A stretch of 63,674 nt of DNA, the filler included, from Licmophora abbreviata (Eukaryota): NCBI GenBank assembly GCA_900291995.1. It is 13 parts of 13 records of this genome, joined end to end, with 100 filler letters (N's around TTAATTAATTAA, not from the genome) between each part and the next. Parts side by side here need not be neighbours in the genome. Positions count along the whole stretch, not along the records: positions 31,174 to 33,478 come from OLMU01002848.1; positions 33,579 to 36,499 come from OLMU01002849.1; positions 36,600 to 44,079 come from OLMU01002851.1; 10 more parts are not named here. One strand, 5' to 3'. Positions 31,452-42,240 of the stretch are shown here, piece after piece. The notes below the pieces were generated by a model. The model searched no databases. It saw only the letters and a program-made list of their open reading frames with translations, and was not told the origin of the DNA. The position numbers and the translations under genes are program-made. Each line of letters opens with the position of its first letter. Positions within the stretch are counted from its first letter, which is position 1.

Positions 31452-31637
31452 TGAGGGCGGCCTTTGTCGGATACGGGTGGTGGCGTCTGTCGGGCTATCT
31501 ATGCAATTCGGGCGCACCCCGCAACCCGACAATCAGCCCACAGCCGCCAGACGGGGTCAATTTGCTGTTTCACGCAGCCGCGCGGCCCGCTATACCGGCG
31601 CGGGTTTCGTCCGAAGACCATCACCGAGAGGATCATC

Positions 31638-32933
31638 ATGGCAAATGTCGTCGTCGTGGGCGCCCAGTGGGGCGACGAGGGAAAAGGCAAGATCGTCGAC
31701 TGGCTCAGCCAGCGCGCCGATGTGATCGTCCGCTTTCAGGGCGGGCACAATGCCGGGCACACTCTGGTGATCGACGGCAAGGTCTACAAGCTCAACGCGC
31801 TGCCCTCGGGCGTGGTGCGGGGCGGCAAGCTGAGCGTGATCGGCAATGGCGTGGTGCTCGATCCCTGGCACCTGATGAAAGAGATCGCGGCGATCCGCGA
31901 TCAGGGCGTCGAGATCTCGCCCGAAACACTGATGGTCGCCGAGAACACGCCGCTGATCCTGCCGATCCATGGCGAATTGGATCGCGCCCGCGAGGAAGCC
32001 GCGTCCAAAGGCACCAAGATCGGCACGACCGGTCGCGGGATCGGGCCAGCCTATGAGGACAAGGTGGGCCGGCGTTCGGTGCGGGTGGCGGACCTGTCGG
32101 ACGAAGCGACACTGGTGGCGCGGGTCGACCGGGCGCTGCAGCACCACGATCCGCTGCGGCGCGGCCTTGGCATCGCCCCGGTGGACCGCGACGCTCTGAT
32201 CGCGCAGCTCAAGGAAATCGCACCTCAGGTCCTGCCCTTTGCGGCGCCGGTCTGGAAAGTGTTGGGCGAGCGGCGCAAGGCCGGGCAGCGCATCCTCTTC
32301 GAAGGCGCTCAAGGCGCGCTTCTGGATATCGATTTCGGCACCTACCCTTTCGTCACCTCCTCGAATGTGATCGCGGGACAGGCCGCCACCGGTGTGGGCC
32401 TCGGACCAGGATCGATCGATTACGTGCTGGGCATCGTCAAGGCCTATACCACCCGTGTCGGCGAAGGCCCCTTCCCGACCGAGCTTGAAGACGAAGACGG
32501 CACGCGGCTCGGCACGCGCGGGCATGAGTTCGGCACGGTCACCGGCCGCAAGCGCCGCTGCGGCTGGTTCGATGCGGCCCTGGTGCGCCAGACCTGTGCG
32601 ACAAGCGGCGTCAACGGCATTTCCCTGACCAAGCTCGATGTGCTCGACGGGTTCGAGACACTCAAGATCTGCGTCGCCTACGAGCTGGACGGCCAGAGGA
32701 TGGACTACCTTCCGACAGCCGCCGATCAGCAGGCCCGCTGCCGCCCCATCTACGAGGAAATGCCCGGCTGGAGCGAATCGACCGAAGGCGCGCGCAGCTG
32801 GGCCGACCTGCCCGCCAACGCGATCAAATACGTGCGCCGCGTCGAAGAGTTGATCGACTGCCCCGTCGCGCTACTTTCCACCTCACCCGAGCGTGAAGAC
32901 ACGATCCTCGTGACCGACCCGTTCGCCGATTGA
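31638..32933 (+). CDS. purA: Adenylosuccinate synthetase
   Basis: [36 protein letters not shown]. Confidence 0.99.
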   Translation: MANVVVVGAQWGDEGKGKIVDWLSQRADVIVRFQGGHNAGHTLVIDGKVYKLNALPSGVVRGGKLSVIGNGVVLDPWHLMKEIAAIRDQGVEISPETLMVAENTPLILPIHGELDRAREEAASKGTKIGTTGRGIGPAYEDKVGRRSVRVADLSDEATLVARVDRALQHHDPLRRGLGIAPVDRDALIAQLKEIAPQVLPFAAPVWKVLGERRKAGQRILFEGAQGALLDIDFGTYPFVTSSNVIAGQAATGVGLGPGSIDYVLGIVKAYTTRVGEGPFPTELEDEDGTRLGTRGHEFGTVTGRKRRCGWFDAALVRQTCATSGVNGISLTKLDVLDGFETLKICVAYELDGQRMDYLPTAADQQARCRPIYEEMPGWSESTEGARSWADLPANAIKYVRRVEELIDCPVALLSTSPEREDTILVTDPFAD

Positions 32934-32961
32934 TCCGATCCACCCCCGAAGCGGAGGGCAT

Positions 32962-33198
32962 ATGCAGCTGAGCTACAAGGCGCGCAAGCGCTGGTCCCTG
33001 GTGATCCTGCTGATCGGCCTGCCGCTCTATATCGTGGCAGCCGTCAACCTCGTCGATCTCTTCGACCGCCCCCCGCTCTGGGTGGAGTTCGCGATCTATG
33101 TGGGCCTCGGTGTCTTGTGGATCACGCCGTTCAAATTCATCTTCAAGGGCATCGGCCAACCCGACCCCGACGCCCGCCCCGAGGATGAGACGCGCTGA
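32962..33198 (+). CDS. DUF2842-like small membrane protein
   Basis: RKRWSLVILLIGLPLYIV...YVGLGVLWITP; GGAGG SD; follows purA. Confidence 0.8.
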   Translation: MQLSYKARKRWSLVILLIGLPLYIVAAVNLVDLFDRPPLWVEFAIYVGLGVLWITPFKFIFKGIGQPDPDARPEDETR

Positions 33199-33376
33199 CA
33201 CCTGTCTGCCCGGCGCGCCACAGGGTCTGACCGCGAGCCCGATTCGCAACCTCCGCCAGATCTCCATCCAAACCGGCAACACAGGCAGACCGCGAAGGAG
33301 CAGCACAAGACGACCCCTGCGCGCGTCCTGCCTTGTTACCTGCGCAAATGGCTCATGCGTCCGTGATCTCGCATCC

Positions 33377-33421
33377 CGGCGCTTCTTCTGGCCTCAAATA
33401 TCCCCGCCGGAGGCCCCCGCC
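33377..33421 (+). repeat. REP-like element, copy 4
   Basis: CGGCGCTTCTTCTGGCCTCAAATATCCCCGCCGGAGGCCCCCGCC. Confidence 0.9.
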
Positions 33422-33626
33422 CATCACCGGCACGCCGCCGCAGGACAAAGACCGCGGCCCAAACCTGCAAACGTCGGCNNNNNNNNNNNNNNNNNNNNNN
33501 NNNNNNNNNNNNNNNNNNNNNNTTAATTAATTAANNNNNNNNNNNNNNNNNNNNNNNNNNNNNNNNNNNNNNNNNNNNCGTCGGCAAGCGCGCGGTCCCG
33601 GGCAAGGCCTCTCCGGCTGGGAGCGT

Positions 33627-34256
33627 TCAGCGGGCTTTGCCTGATCCGGGCGCGCGCGGGGCATTCCATCCGCGCCAGACGCTGACGATGCGGAACCCCG
33701 CCGTCATCACCACGCCGATCGCCGCCGCCCATCCGGGCGGCAGCGCCATGGCCTCTCCCGCGACCACGATGATCGCCCCGATCAGCGCCGCCAGCGCATA
33801 GACCTCTTCGCGCAGCACTCGGGGCGGCTCGGCAACCAGCATATCGCGCAGCGCGCCGCCACCCACCGCCGTCACCACCCCGAGAATGACCGCCGGCAGC
33901 GGATCAAGACCGGCCTCCAGCGCCTTGCGGCATCCGCTGACCGCGAAAAGACCCAAACCAAGCGCATCGAGCAGCATCACGGGCTTGGCCAGCCGCTCGA
34001 TGACCCGGTATCCAACGAACGCGGCGCCCGCCGCCAGGGCGGCCGCGCCGATATAGCGCGTATCGCTGAAGGCGGCAGGCGGTGTGGCGCCCAGCAGGAC
34101 ATCCCGTATCACGCCTCCCGCAAGGGCCGCGGCCATGGCCAGAACCAGAATGCCGAAAATGTCGAAGTCCCGGCGCACCGCCAGTGTCGCCCCGCTCAGA
34201 CCGAAGACGAATGTTCCGACCAGATCGAGCATCAGACCAAGCGAAACATCATCCAT
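33627..34256 (-). CDS. TRIC / UPF0126 (YadS/YicG-like) membrane protein
   Basis: Duplicated GGG.RD motifs (AGGVIRD, GGGALRD), DxxG starts, about 7 TM. Confidence 0.9.
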   Translation of the reverse strand: MDDVSLGLMLDLVGTFVFGLSGATLAVRRDFDIFGILVLAMAAALAGGVIRDVLLGATPPAAFSDTRYIGAAALAAGAAFVGYRVIERLAKPVMLLDALGLGLFAVSGCRKALEAGLDPLPAVILGVVTAVGGGALRDMLVAEPPRVLREEVYALAALIGAIIVVAGEAMALPPGWAAAIGVVMTAGFRIVSVWRGWNAPRAPGSGKAR

Positions 34257-34522
34257 TCAAGCACCTGTCATCCTCAATGCGGGGGCGCGGTAGAGCTCCC
34301 GACAGGGGGTGTGCCGCGTCCCGAATGCAGCAGCGTCGCCTCACGCGCGCCTTGACCAAAAGGATACGCAGAAGGCTGCAGCGCCAGCAACCGGCATCCG
34401 CAGGGCGGCACATGATCGCTCGGCGCCGCACCCCTGAGTGGCGCGCAGGCAATGGCGGCCAGCGTCAGGACAACGCTGGCCGCCGCAATCATCACCGAAA
34501 GGCCATTGCCCATCGCGCGCGA

Positions 34523-35740
34523 TCAGTTGGACCCGACGATGTTATGCTCGGGACCGAAGGGGAAGCCGGTGATGTTCTCCGCCCCATCCTCGCCGATCAC
34601 GAGGATATCATGCTCGCGGTAGCCGCCCGCACCGGGCGCCCCCTCGGGGATCATGACCATCGGCTCCATGGACACGACCATGCCGGGCTTGAGCACCGTG
34701 TCGATATCCTCGCGCAGCTCGACCCCGGCCTCGCGCCCGTAATAGTGACTGAGCACGCCAAAGCTGTGGCCATAGCCGAACGAGCGGTATTTCAGCAGGT
34801 CCCATTCGCGATACATCTCGTTCAGTTCGATCGCGATATCCATGCAGCGCGCACCCGGCTTCATCAGCTCGAGTCCGCGACGATGCACCGCCACGTTCTT
34901 TTCCCAGACATCCAGGCTCGCATCATCCACCGAGTCGCAAAACAGCGTCCGCTCCAGCGCGGTGTAATAGCCGAAGATCATCGGAAAGGTGTTGAGACTG
35001 AGGATATCGCCCGATTGCACCACGCGGTTCGTCACCGGGTTATGCGCACCGTCGGTATTGATGCCCGACTGGAACCAGGTCCATGTGTCCATCAATTCGA
35101 CGAAGGGGAAGGATTTGGCGATCTCGCGGATCATCGCATTGGTGCCCGCGATGGCGACCTCATGCTCCGGCACACCCGCCTGCACGGCGGCAGCCACGGC
35201 ATATCCGCCGACATCCGCCACCCGTGCGCCTTCGCGGATCAGCTTGATCTCCTCATCCGATTTGATCGTGCGCATCCACATCGACGGCTGGCTGACATCG
35301 ACGAAGTCCACACCCGGCAGCGCATCCTGCAAAAGATCGCGATACTCCAGCGAGACATGGTCGAACTCGATGCCCACACGCCGCGCGCCCTGGGTCAGCC
35401 CCTGCACCGCGCGATAGAAATTGTCTCGGCGCCAATCGGTATAGGTGACGTTGTTGCCAAAGCTCCGGCGCCAGGGCTGACCGCCATCGATGCCCGCCGA
35501 AACGGTGGTGGCAGTCTTCTGGTCGATCACCATTCCGTATTTGCGACCGAAATAGCAATACATCCAGCCTGAGTAATATGTAATGCAGTGATAAGACGTG
35601 AGCAGCACCGCATCGACGTCGTTCCTTGCCATCCAGTCGCGCAATTCATTCTGTCTGCGTGCCATTTCATTATCGGAAAAAGGCGAAAATTCCTTTTCTC
35701 CGTTGTGCCATTCGGTCACGTGGAGCATGTCGTCAAGCAT
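34523..35740 (-). CDS. Creatinase (creatine amidinohydrolase)
   Basis: HNGEK...FS..EM..R, YCYFGRKYG, NTDGAHNPVT, YYTALERT, GYGHSFG, GGYREHD. Confidence 0.96.
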   Translation of the reverse strand: MLDDMLHVTEWHNGEKEFSPFSDNEMARRQNELRDWMARNDVDAVLLTSYHCITYYSGWMYCYFGRKYGMVIDQKTATTVSAGIDGGQPWRRSFGNNVTYTDWRRDNFYRAVQGLTQGARRVGIEFDHVSLEYRDLLQDALPGVDFVDVSQPSMWMRTIKSDEEIKLIREGARVADVGGYAVAAAVQAGVPEHEVAIAGTNAMIREIAKSFPFVELMDTWTWFQSGINTDGAHNPVTNRVVQSGDILSLNTFPMIFGYYTALERTLFCDSVDDASLDVWEKNVAVHRRGLELMKPGARCMDIAIELNEMYREWDLLKYRSFGYGHSFGVLSHYYGREAGVELREDIDTVLKPGMVVSMEPMVMIPEGAPGAGGYREHDILVIGEDGAENITGFPFGPEHNIVGSN

Positions 35741-35806
35741 TCGGGGATCTCCTTGATGTAGTGGATATCCAATCCGCTAACAGCAAAGCATTTTGAAACA
35801 AAATTA

Positions 35807-35821
35807 ATAGGTTTGATTTAT
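35807..35821. promoter_or_regulatory. LysR-type T-N11-A box upstream of creatinase
   Basis: ATA-GGTTTGATT-TAT inside an AT-rich tract between LysR and creatinase. Confidence 0.5.
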
Positions 35822-35843
35822 AAATTAGATTTGGAAATACACG

Positions 35844-36499
35844 TCATCCGCGCGCCAGGGTCGGCTTGCGGAATGCGCTCACGCCCTCGGTGATCTGTTC
35901 GATCAGCTTGAGCGCCGCATCCGAGGCCTTGATATGCTTGTAGAACAGGCCGACATGCAGGTTCGCCAGCGGCGGAAACCCTTCCTTGGGCGTCAGCACC
36001 CGCATCCCCGGCAACAACGTCTTTTTCGTGAGTGCGGTGACCCCCATACCATCAAGGACCGCATTCTGAAGCGCGGAGATGCCGGGGCTTTCGAAGCAGA
36101 TCCGCCATTCCCGCCCTTCGGTATTCAGCGCATCGATCATCCGCTTGCGATAGAAACAGCCCTTGGGATGGGCCAGCACCTGCACCGGCTTGTCGAGGCT
36201 GAACTGATACTCCCGCCCGCAGACCCAAAAGGGTCGCTCGGACCAGTAAAGCGACACGTAGGGCGCCGGCATCGTGTCGGTAATGGCGATGGCCAGGTCC
36301 AGCTCGTCCACATGCAGCTGGCTCAGGATGTTCCGGCTCCAGTCGCATCGGATATCAAGGCTCACATCGGGATTCGCCCGCGCGAAATCCGCGATCAGGC
36401 GCTGAAAATAGCCAATCGCGTAATCGGTGGGCAAGCCGACCCGCAGAGTGCCCATGAATTTGGCCTCCTGCAGATTGGCCACCGCCCGATCATTCAGAC
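35844..36499 (-). CDS. LysR-family regulator (HTH end lost in gap)
   Basis: GTLRVGLPTDY..., ELDLAI, AVLDGMGVTAL LysR substrate domain. Confidence 0.9.
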
Positions 36500-36602
36500 N
36501 NNNNNNNNNNNNNNNNNNNNNNNNNNNNNNNNNNNNNNNNNNNTTAATTAATTAANNNNNNNNNNNNNNNNNNNNNNNNNNNNNNNNNNNNNNNNNNNNC
36601 CC

Positions 36603-37718
36603 ATGACACGCCCCATCAATTGTAGCCGGCGACGCCTTTTGCAAATGACCGCCGGAGCGGCGCTTGCCACGCCTTTCCTGTCGATCCGCGCCGCGGCGCA
36701 GACCGTCAACCTGTCGATGCTGGCATGGTATGGCCATGCCGAACCCGACATCGTCGGCGCGTTCGAAGAGGCCAATAACGTCAAGTTCACGCCCAAATAC
36801 TATACCGGCGGCGACAACATGCTGGGGCTGATCGCTCAGTCCCCGCCCGGCACCTATGATGTGATCCTGTCGGATGCCGAATATGTGCAACAGCTCAATG
36901 CCGCAGGCTATATCGAGCCGCTCGATGCCGCCGATTACGCCTTTGACGATTTCTTCCCCGAATTTCAGAAATTCCCCGGCCATTGGCAGGGTGACACGCT
37001 CTATTCGGTCATCACCCGCTTCGGCTTTCTGGGTGTCGCGCATAATACCGATGTGCTCAGCGAAAAGGACGCCGCCAGCTATTCGGTCTTCTCCGATCCG
37101 CGCGTGACCGGCAAGGTCGGCCATTTCGACTGGCACCTGCCCAATCTCGGGCAAATGAGCCTCGCCGCCGGCAATGGCTCTGCCTATGACATCGACGACG
37201 CCGGCTGGGACAAACTGCAAGAGGCCACGATGGCCATGCGCGGTCAGGTCGGCGGGTTCTTCGATTATGGTGGCACGTTCTCGTCGCTTAATGACGGGCA
37301 GATGCTGGCCTTTGCCGGGATCGGCGACTGGATCACCGGCGTGCTGGAAAAGAACGGTGCCAAGGTCCGCACCACCATCCCCGAAGAAGGCGGCCTGCAA
37401 TGGACCGAATCCTTCTCGATCGGCAAGGGCACGGCCAATTACGAGATGGCCCGCAAATGGATCCAGTGGATCACCTCTGCCGAAGGACAGGCGAAATCCG
37501 CCGACATGGCCGCCTATCCCGCATTGGTGCCCAACAAGAAGGGCTGGGAGGTGCTCAACGCCCACAACCTCGCCGAAGCCAAGCGCCAGAACATGGTTCT
37601 GGGTACCCGCAACGCCATGGACATGATCCGCGAGGGTCGCATCCAGTACCGCCAACTGCCCGTGCAACAAAGCCTCGAGGACTGGAACGACTTCTGGTCC
37701 GACTACAAGGGCGCCTGA
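36603..37718 (+). CDS. ABC transporter substrate-binding protein (PotD/PotF-like, Tat signal)
   Basis: SRRRLLQ twin-arginine signal; W.GHAEPD, YDVILSD, IPEEGGLQW. Confidence 0.9.
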   Translation: MTRPINCSRRRLLQMTAGAALATPFLSIRAAAQTVNLSMLAWYGHAEPDIVGAFEEANNVKFTPKYYTGGDNMLGLIAQSPPGTYDVILSDAEYVQQLNAAGYIEPLDAADYAFDDFFPEFQKFPGHWQGDTLYSVITRFGFLGVAHNTDVLSEKDAASYSVFSDPRVTGKVGHFDWHLPNLGQMSLAAGNGSAYDIDDAGWDKLQEATMAMRGQVGGFFDYGGTFSSLNDGQMLAFAGIGDWITGVLEKNGAKVRTTIPEEGGLQWTESFSIGKGTANYEMARKWIQWITSAEGQAKSADMAAYPALVPNKKGWEVLNAHNLAEAKRQNMVLGTRNAMDMIREGRIQYRQLPVQQSLEDWNDFWSDYKGA

Positions 37719-37790
37719 CCCGAGAGAAGCCGGGCGCCCGTCTCGCGGCGTCCGGCGGCCTCGTCCCTGCCCCAGTGAAAGCCCGAACAC

Positions 37791-38639
37791 ATGACCCGAT
37801 CCCGCCCCAGCCTGTTTTCGCTCGTGTTGTCCTTGCCGCTGCTGATCTGGCAACTGGCCTTCTTCGCCTTTCCGCTGCTGTTCCTGATCGCCATCAGCTT
37901 CTGGAGCGTGCGTAATTTCCAGATGACCCCGGATCTGAATTTCGGCAACTGGGAGCGCATCCTGACGCGGAACACCTTCTGGGACGCCTATGCGCGTTCG
38001 GCGATGCTGGCCACGGCAAGCGCCGTGCTGACAAGCGCCATCGCCTTTCCCGCCGCCTATGCGATTTCCTTCAAGCTGTCGGAGCGGGCCAAGCAATGGG
38101 TGATCTTCGTGCTCATCATCCCGTTTTTCACCAGCTATCTTGTGCGCGTCTACGCGCTGCAGGTCTTTTTGTCGGATGCGGGCATCATCAATGCCGCACT
38201 CGGCACACTGGGGATCGGCCCCTTCGCCATGCTCAACACCACCTTCGGCACGCTGGTCGGCATGGTGACACTGTGCCTGCCGCTGGTCATCCTGCTGCAG
38301 GTGTTCAGCCTGAATTTCGTGAACCGCGACCTGGTCGAGGCGGCGCATAACCTGCGCTGCGGACGGCTGCGCACCGTGCTGTCGGTGATCGTGCCCTCGG
38401 CGCGGGTGGGGCTGGTCATCGCCGCACTCTTCGCCTTCATCCTGTCCTTCGGCGATTTCGTAAGCCCGCTCTACCTGGGCGGAGGCAACCCGCCGACCCT
38501 GTCGATCATGATCACCGACATCACCAAATCCGGCCAGCAATGGCCGCGCGCCGCCGTGGTGGCCCTCATGATGATCGTCACATTGCTGACCGTCGCCTTC
38601 GCCGCCATCGGCTTTGCCTACAAGGAGCGTGGAAAATGA
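37791..38639 (+). CDS. ABC permease (PotB-like)
   Basis: PFFTSYLVRVYA, EAAHNL EAA loop, FILSFGDF. Confidence 0.92.
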   Translation: MTRSRPSLFSLVLSLPLLIWQLAFFAFPLLFLIAISFWSVRNFQMTPDLNFGNWERILTRNTFWDAYARSAMLATASAVLTSAIAFPAAYAISFKLSERAKQWVIFVLIIPFFTSYLVRVYALQVFLSDAGIINAALGTLGIGPFAMLNTTFGTLVGMVTLCLPLVILLQVFSLNFVNRDLVEAAHNLRCGRLRTVLSVIVPSARVGLVIAALFAFILSFGDFVSPLYLGGGNPPTLSIMITDITKSGQQWPRAAVVALMMIVTLLTVAFAAIGFAYKERGK

Positions 38640-39436
38640 CCGGCAACCGAAACCGTCTCATCAATGCAGGTCTCAAGCTTTATATCCTGGTCTGCGTGCT
38701 CTTTATCTTCGCGCCGATCCTTGGAAGCTTCGTCTTTTCGCTTAACTCGGATCGTTTTCCCTCGCTTCCACTCGGGGACATCTCGACCGAGTGGTATCGG
38801 CTGATCTGGGAAGATCCCTTCGTCTGGGCGGGGTTCTTCAATACCGTGATCGTCGGCCTGATCGTGGCGGTGATCGCCACGGTGCTGGGCTTCGGCGGAG
38901 CCTATACCGATTTTCGCTACAACTTTCTCGGCAAGAAGGTCTATCTCGCCCTCGCCCTTCTGCCGCCCACGATCCCGGTGGTCATCATGGGGCTTGCGAT
39001 GCTGGCCTTTCTGTCGCGGGTCAACCTGTCGGGCAGCACGATTTCGGTCATCATCGCGCATGGCGTGATGTGCAGCCCCTTCGCGATGGCGATCATCCGC
39101 CTGCGCCTGTCGCAGATGGACCGCGACCTCGAGGCGGCGTCGTGGAATCTCGGCGGCAATGAATGGGCCACGCTGCGCCATGTCATCATCCCCTTCACCA
39201 AGCCCGCGATCCTTGCCGCGCTCTTCATCACGATGGCCGTGTCCTTCGATGAATTCGCGGTAGCCTGGTTCGTGTCGGGCCTGAACGAAACGCTGCCCGT
39301 GAAGATCCTCGGCTTTCTGCAGGGCCAGGTCAGCCCGCGCATCAACGCGATCGGATCGCTGGCGTTTCTCAGCTCGATCACCCTCATCATCCTGGCGCAG
39401 ATGCTGTTGCGCAATTCTTCAAAGGACAGGCCATGA
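38636..39436 (+). CDS. ABC permease (PotC-like)
   Basis: STEWY, LEAASWNLG, SFDEF, TLPV; ATGA overlap with the previous gene. Confidence 0.92.
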   Translation: MTGNRNRLINAGLKLYILVCVLFIFAPILGSFVFSLNSDRFPSLPLGDISTEWYRLIWEDPFVWAGFFNTVIVGLIVAVIATVLGFGGAYTDFRYNFLGKKVYLALALLPPTIPVVIMGLAMLAFLSRVNLSGSTISVIIAHGVMCSPFAMAIIRLRLSQMDRDLEAASWNLGGNEWATLRHVIIPFTKPAILAALFITMAVSFDEFAVAWFVSGLNETLPVKILGFLQGQVSPRINAIGSLAFLSSITLIILAQMLLRNSSKDRP

Positions 39437-40539
39437 ACATGCGTTCCATCATCCAATCCGACGCCATCGTGAAGCTTGAAGGTGTGGTCAAGAAATTCGG
39501 CGACTTCACCGCCGTCGAGCGGGCCGATTTCGAGATCGGACGCGGCGAATTTCTGGCGATCATGGGCTCGTCAGGCTGCGGCAAGACCACGACTCTGCGC
39601 ATGCTGGCCGGTCTCGAGGACCCTACCGAAGGCAATATCTACCTTGATGGGGTGCGCGTGAACGGCAAGGCCACATGGGACCGCGACACGCCGATGGTCT
39701 GGCAAAGCCTGGCGCTCTTTCCGTTCCTCACGGTGCAGGAAAACGTCGAATTCAGCCTCAAGATGCGCGGCGTCGCCAAGGCCTAGCGCGTCACCCGCGC
39801 CCGCAAATGGCTGGACAGGATGCAGATCCTCGAATTCGCGGACCGCAACATCGCCCAGCTGTCCGGCGGCCAGCGCCAGCGCGTCGCTCTGGCCCGTGCC
39901 CTTGTCACCGAACCCAAGATCCTGCTGCTGGATGAACCGCTCTCGGCGCTCGATGCCCATCTCAAGGTGCGCATGCAGGCGGTGCTGTCCAATCTGCAAA
40001 AGGAACTGGGCATCACCTTCGTCTATGTCACCCATTCCATGTCCGAGGCCTTTTCCATGGCCGACCGCGTCGTGATCATGAGCCGCGGCAAGATCGAACA
40101 GATCGGCACCCCGCAAGAAATCTACCATGCCCCGCGCAACCGCTTCGTCGCGGAATTCCTCGGATCGGCCAATATCTTCAGCGGCACGCTGGCCGACACA
40201 TCGGACAAGACATGGACGGTCGACACTGCGCATGGCCGCTTCACCATCGGCTCGACCGCCGCGCCCTCAAGGGCCAAGGGCGACACCGTAAGCTTCATCG
40301 TCAGCGCCGAGAACATGGCGATCAGCCCGGTCACCTCGGGCGTGCCCGGCATCACCGCGCGCGTGGTCGGTGAGGAATTCGTCGGCGCCTCCGCCGTCAT
40401 CTTTCTCGAAACCGACAGCGGCACCGAATTGAAGGTCCAGAAAAGCCATCACGAATTGGCCAGCCTCGATCTGCGCCCCGGAACCAGACATATCCTGCAT
40501 TGGACCCCGGAAAGCTGCCATGTCCTGCCTGGAGAATGA
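39433..40539 (+). pseudogene. ABC ATPase (PotA-like) interrupted by in-frame TAG at 39784-39786
   Basis: GSSGCGKTT before the stop; [17 protein letters not shown] after it in the same frame; may be a sequencing error. Confidence 0.75.
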
Positions 40540-41548
40540 CACCTTCGCCGCCCGCGCGCCCATCATTCCGCAAGGGGCCGCGTTCTTTGCGGTCAAGCCC
40601 ACCACAGGCGTTCGGCATTTCGCCTTTCACCTTTTGCCGGATTTCACGCTTCTGGCCTTCAGCGCCGCGATCGATCCACTGCGCATCGCCAACCAGCTGG
40701 CCCAACAACCGCTCTATCGCTGGACGGTGATCTCCGCCGATGGCGGCCCCGTAGTCAGTTCCTGCGGCATGTCCGTGAATGTCGATCAGCCGCTCGCCCC
40801 CCTGCCCCGCGAGACCGATATCGTGGTCTGCGGCGGCACCGTGCGCACAAAGGGCGTCAGCCGGGATCTGCTGGCTGTCTTGCGCCAGCACGCGCGCTTC
40901 GGGGGGCGTATCGGCGGCATCTGCACCGGCGCCATAGCACTTGCACAGGCCGGCCTGCTCGAGGGCAGGCGCGCGACGCTTCATTGGGAAAACCAACCCG
41001 CCTTCCGCGAGACATTTCCCGGCGTCGAGGTGACCGCCAATACCTGCGAAGTGGATGGCCCGATCTTCACCTGCGGCGGTGGGGTCGGTGCGGCCGACAT
41101 GATGCTCGACCGGATCGAAGCCGATTATGGCCGAAGCTTTGCCGATGTGGTCGCCGATATGTGCCTGCACACGCAGCGCCGCACCCAACGCGCCCCGCAG
41201 CGCGCCTCGATCAGCAATGCACTCGACAGCCGCAACCCGCTGCTTGTGCGCGCGATCAAGGCGATGCAGGCCAATATCGAAACACCTGTGAGCATGGATG
41301 ACCTGGCGGAGGCCGCAGGCTGTTCGCGCCGACAGATGGAACGCCTGTTCGTCAAATACCTGCATCAGACGCCCTACCGCTATTTCCGCGATCTGCGTCT
41401 GGATCATGCGCGCGGCCTGATGCGCGAAACGGATCTCAGCGTGACCGAAATCGCCGTGGCGTCGGGCTTCACCTCTCCGGTGGTGTTCACCAAAAGCTTT
41501 CGCGCGCGTTTCGGCTATTCGCCAGCCAAAGGGCGCAAGGCCGTCTGA
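40520..41548 (+). CDS. GlxA-family AraC regulator (GATase-like domain + HTH; GbdR/SouR-like)
   Basis: [42 protein letters not shown]. Confidence 0.92.
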   Translation: MSCLENDTFAARAPIIPQGAAFFAVKPTTGVRHFAFHLLPDFTLLAFSAAIDPLRIANQLAQQPLYRWTVISADGGPVVSSCGMSVNVDQPLAPLPRETDIVVCGGTVRTKGVSRDLLAVLRQHARFGGRIGGICTGAIALAQAGLLEGRRATLHWENQPAFRETFPGVEVTANTCEVDGPIFTCGGGVGAADMMLDRIEADYGRSFADVVADMCLHTQRRTQRAPQRASISNALDSRNPLLVRAIKAMQANIETPVSMDDLAEAAGCSRRQMERLFVKYLHQTPYRYFRDLRLDHARGLMRETDLSVTEIAVASGFTSPVVFTKSFRARFGYSPAKGRKAV

Positions 41549-41581
41549 CCTTTCATTCGGGGCGCGCGGACACGCGCCCTC

Positions 41582-42163
41582 TCACCGATCCCCGGATTTG
41601 AACCGCAAGAATCGGCGTGGCACGCCAAGATCCATCACCGGGCTCAAAAGATCGCGCCACAGGCTCGGATCGGAATTATAGCTGGCGGTCTCGGTCACAC
41701 GATCAAGCCGCAGCGTATCATTGAGGAGCGTGCTCAGGATTTTCTCGTCCAGCACATAGCGGCCCTGCCGCCCCTCCAGCCGATCCGCCTCCTGATAGGA
41801 CAGCCATTTCGCCAGCGTCTTGCGGCTGGCCACGTCCCGGCCCGGATCCACCAGGTAAAACCCGCTGTTCACCCGGCGCACGATATTGTCCAGCAACACC
41901 GCAACAGGCTGATATTCCTTGGAAACCTGCCGCTTCGGAATATAGTTGAAGCGCTCGGGGTCGCCGTTGAAGAACGCCGTGAGCGCCGATCCCAGATCAA
42001 TGCAGGCCTGCGCCATGACCCATCCCATGACCGCTTCGGGATACATCGACCAGTCATACCGCCGTGCCAGATCGCGCAGCTGCGCGGGATCCGCCTGCCA
42101 GGCGATGGCAAGGTGCTCGCCCTCTGACCCGGTAAGCCAGTCGAACTCCTCAAAATTCTGCAT
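41582..42163 (-). CDS. Hypothetical protein, DUF4274-like
   Basis: LRDLARRYDW...IDLGSALTAFFNGDP resembles the DUF4274 pattern; GGAG SD before ATG 42163. Confidence 0.6.
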   Translation of the reverse strand: MQNFEEFDWLTGSEGEHLAIAWQADPAQLRDLARRYDWSMYPEAVMGWVMAQACIDLGSALTAFFNGDPERFNYIPKRQVSKEYQPVAVLLDNIVRRVNSGFYLVDPGRDVASRKTLAKWLSYQEADRLEGRQGRYVLDEKILSTLLNDTLRLDRVTETASYNSDPSLWRDLLSPVMDLGVPRRFLRFKSGDR

Positions 42164-42240
42164 GAAATCGCTCCGCAAGCTATATTGCCATGTCACCCGG
42201 TGACAGTCGCGTTTAGATTGTCCCCGGATATCGCAATTTC

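Noticed and set aside
29077..33421. Composite transposon or invertible segment bounded by the identical 45-bp inverted repeats
   Set aside because: The enclosed genes are core (pyrG, secG, purA) in ordinary order, with no transposase or recombinase; better explained as independent REP copies
34274..34513. 79-aa ORF between creatinase and the TRIC gene
   Set aside because: No SD, no recognisable motif; cannot be supported as coding
39784..39786. Pyrrolysine or stop-codon readthrough at the TAG
   Set aside because: No pyl genes in the window, the position is a non-catalytic helix, and TAG serves as a normal stop elsewhere (soxX, first TerB-like gene)
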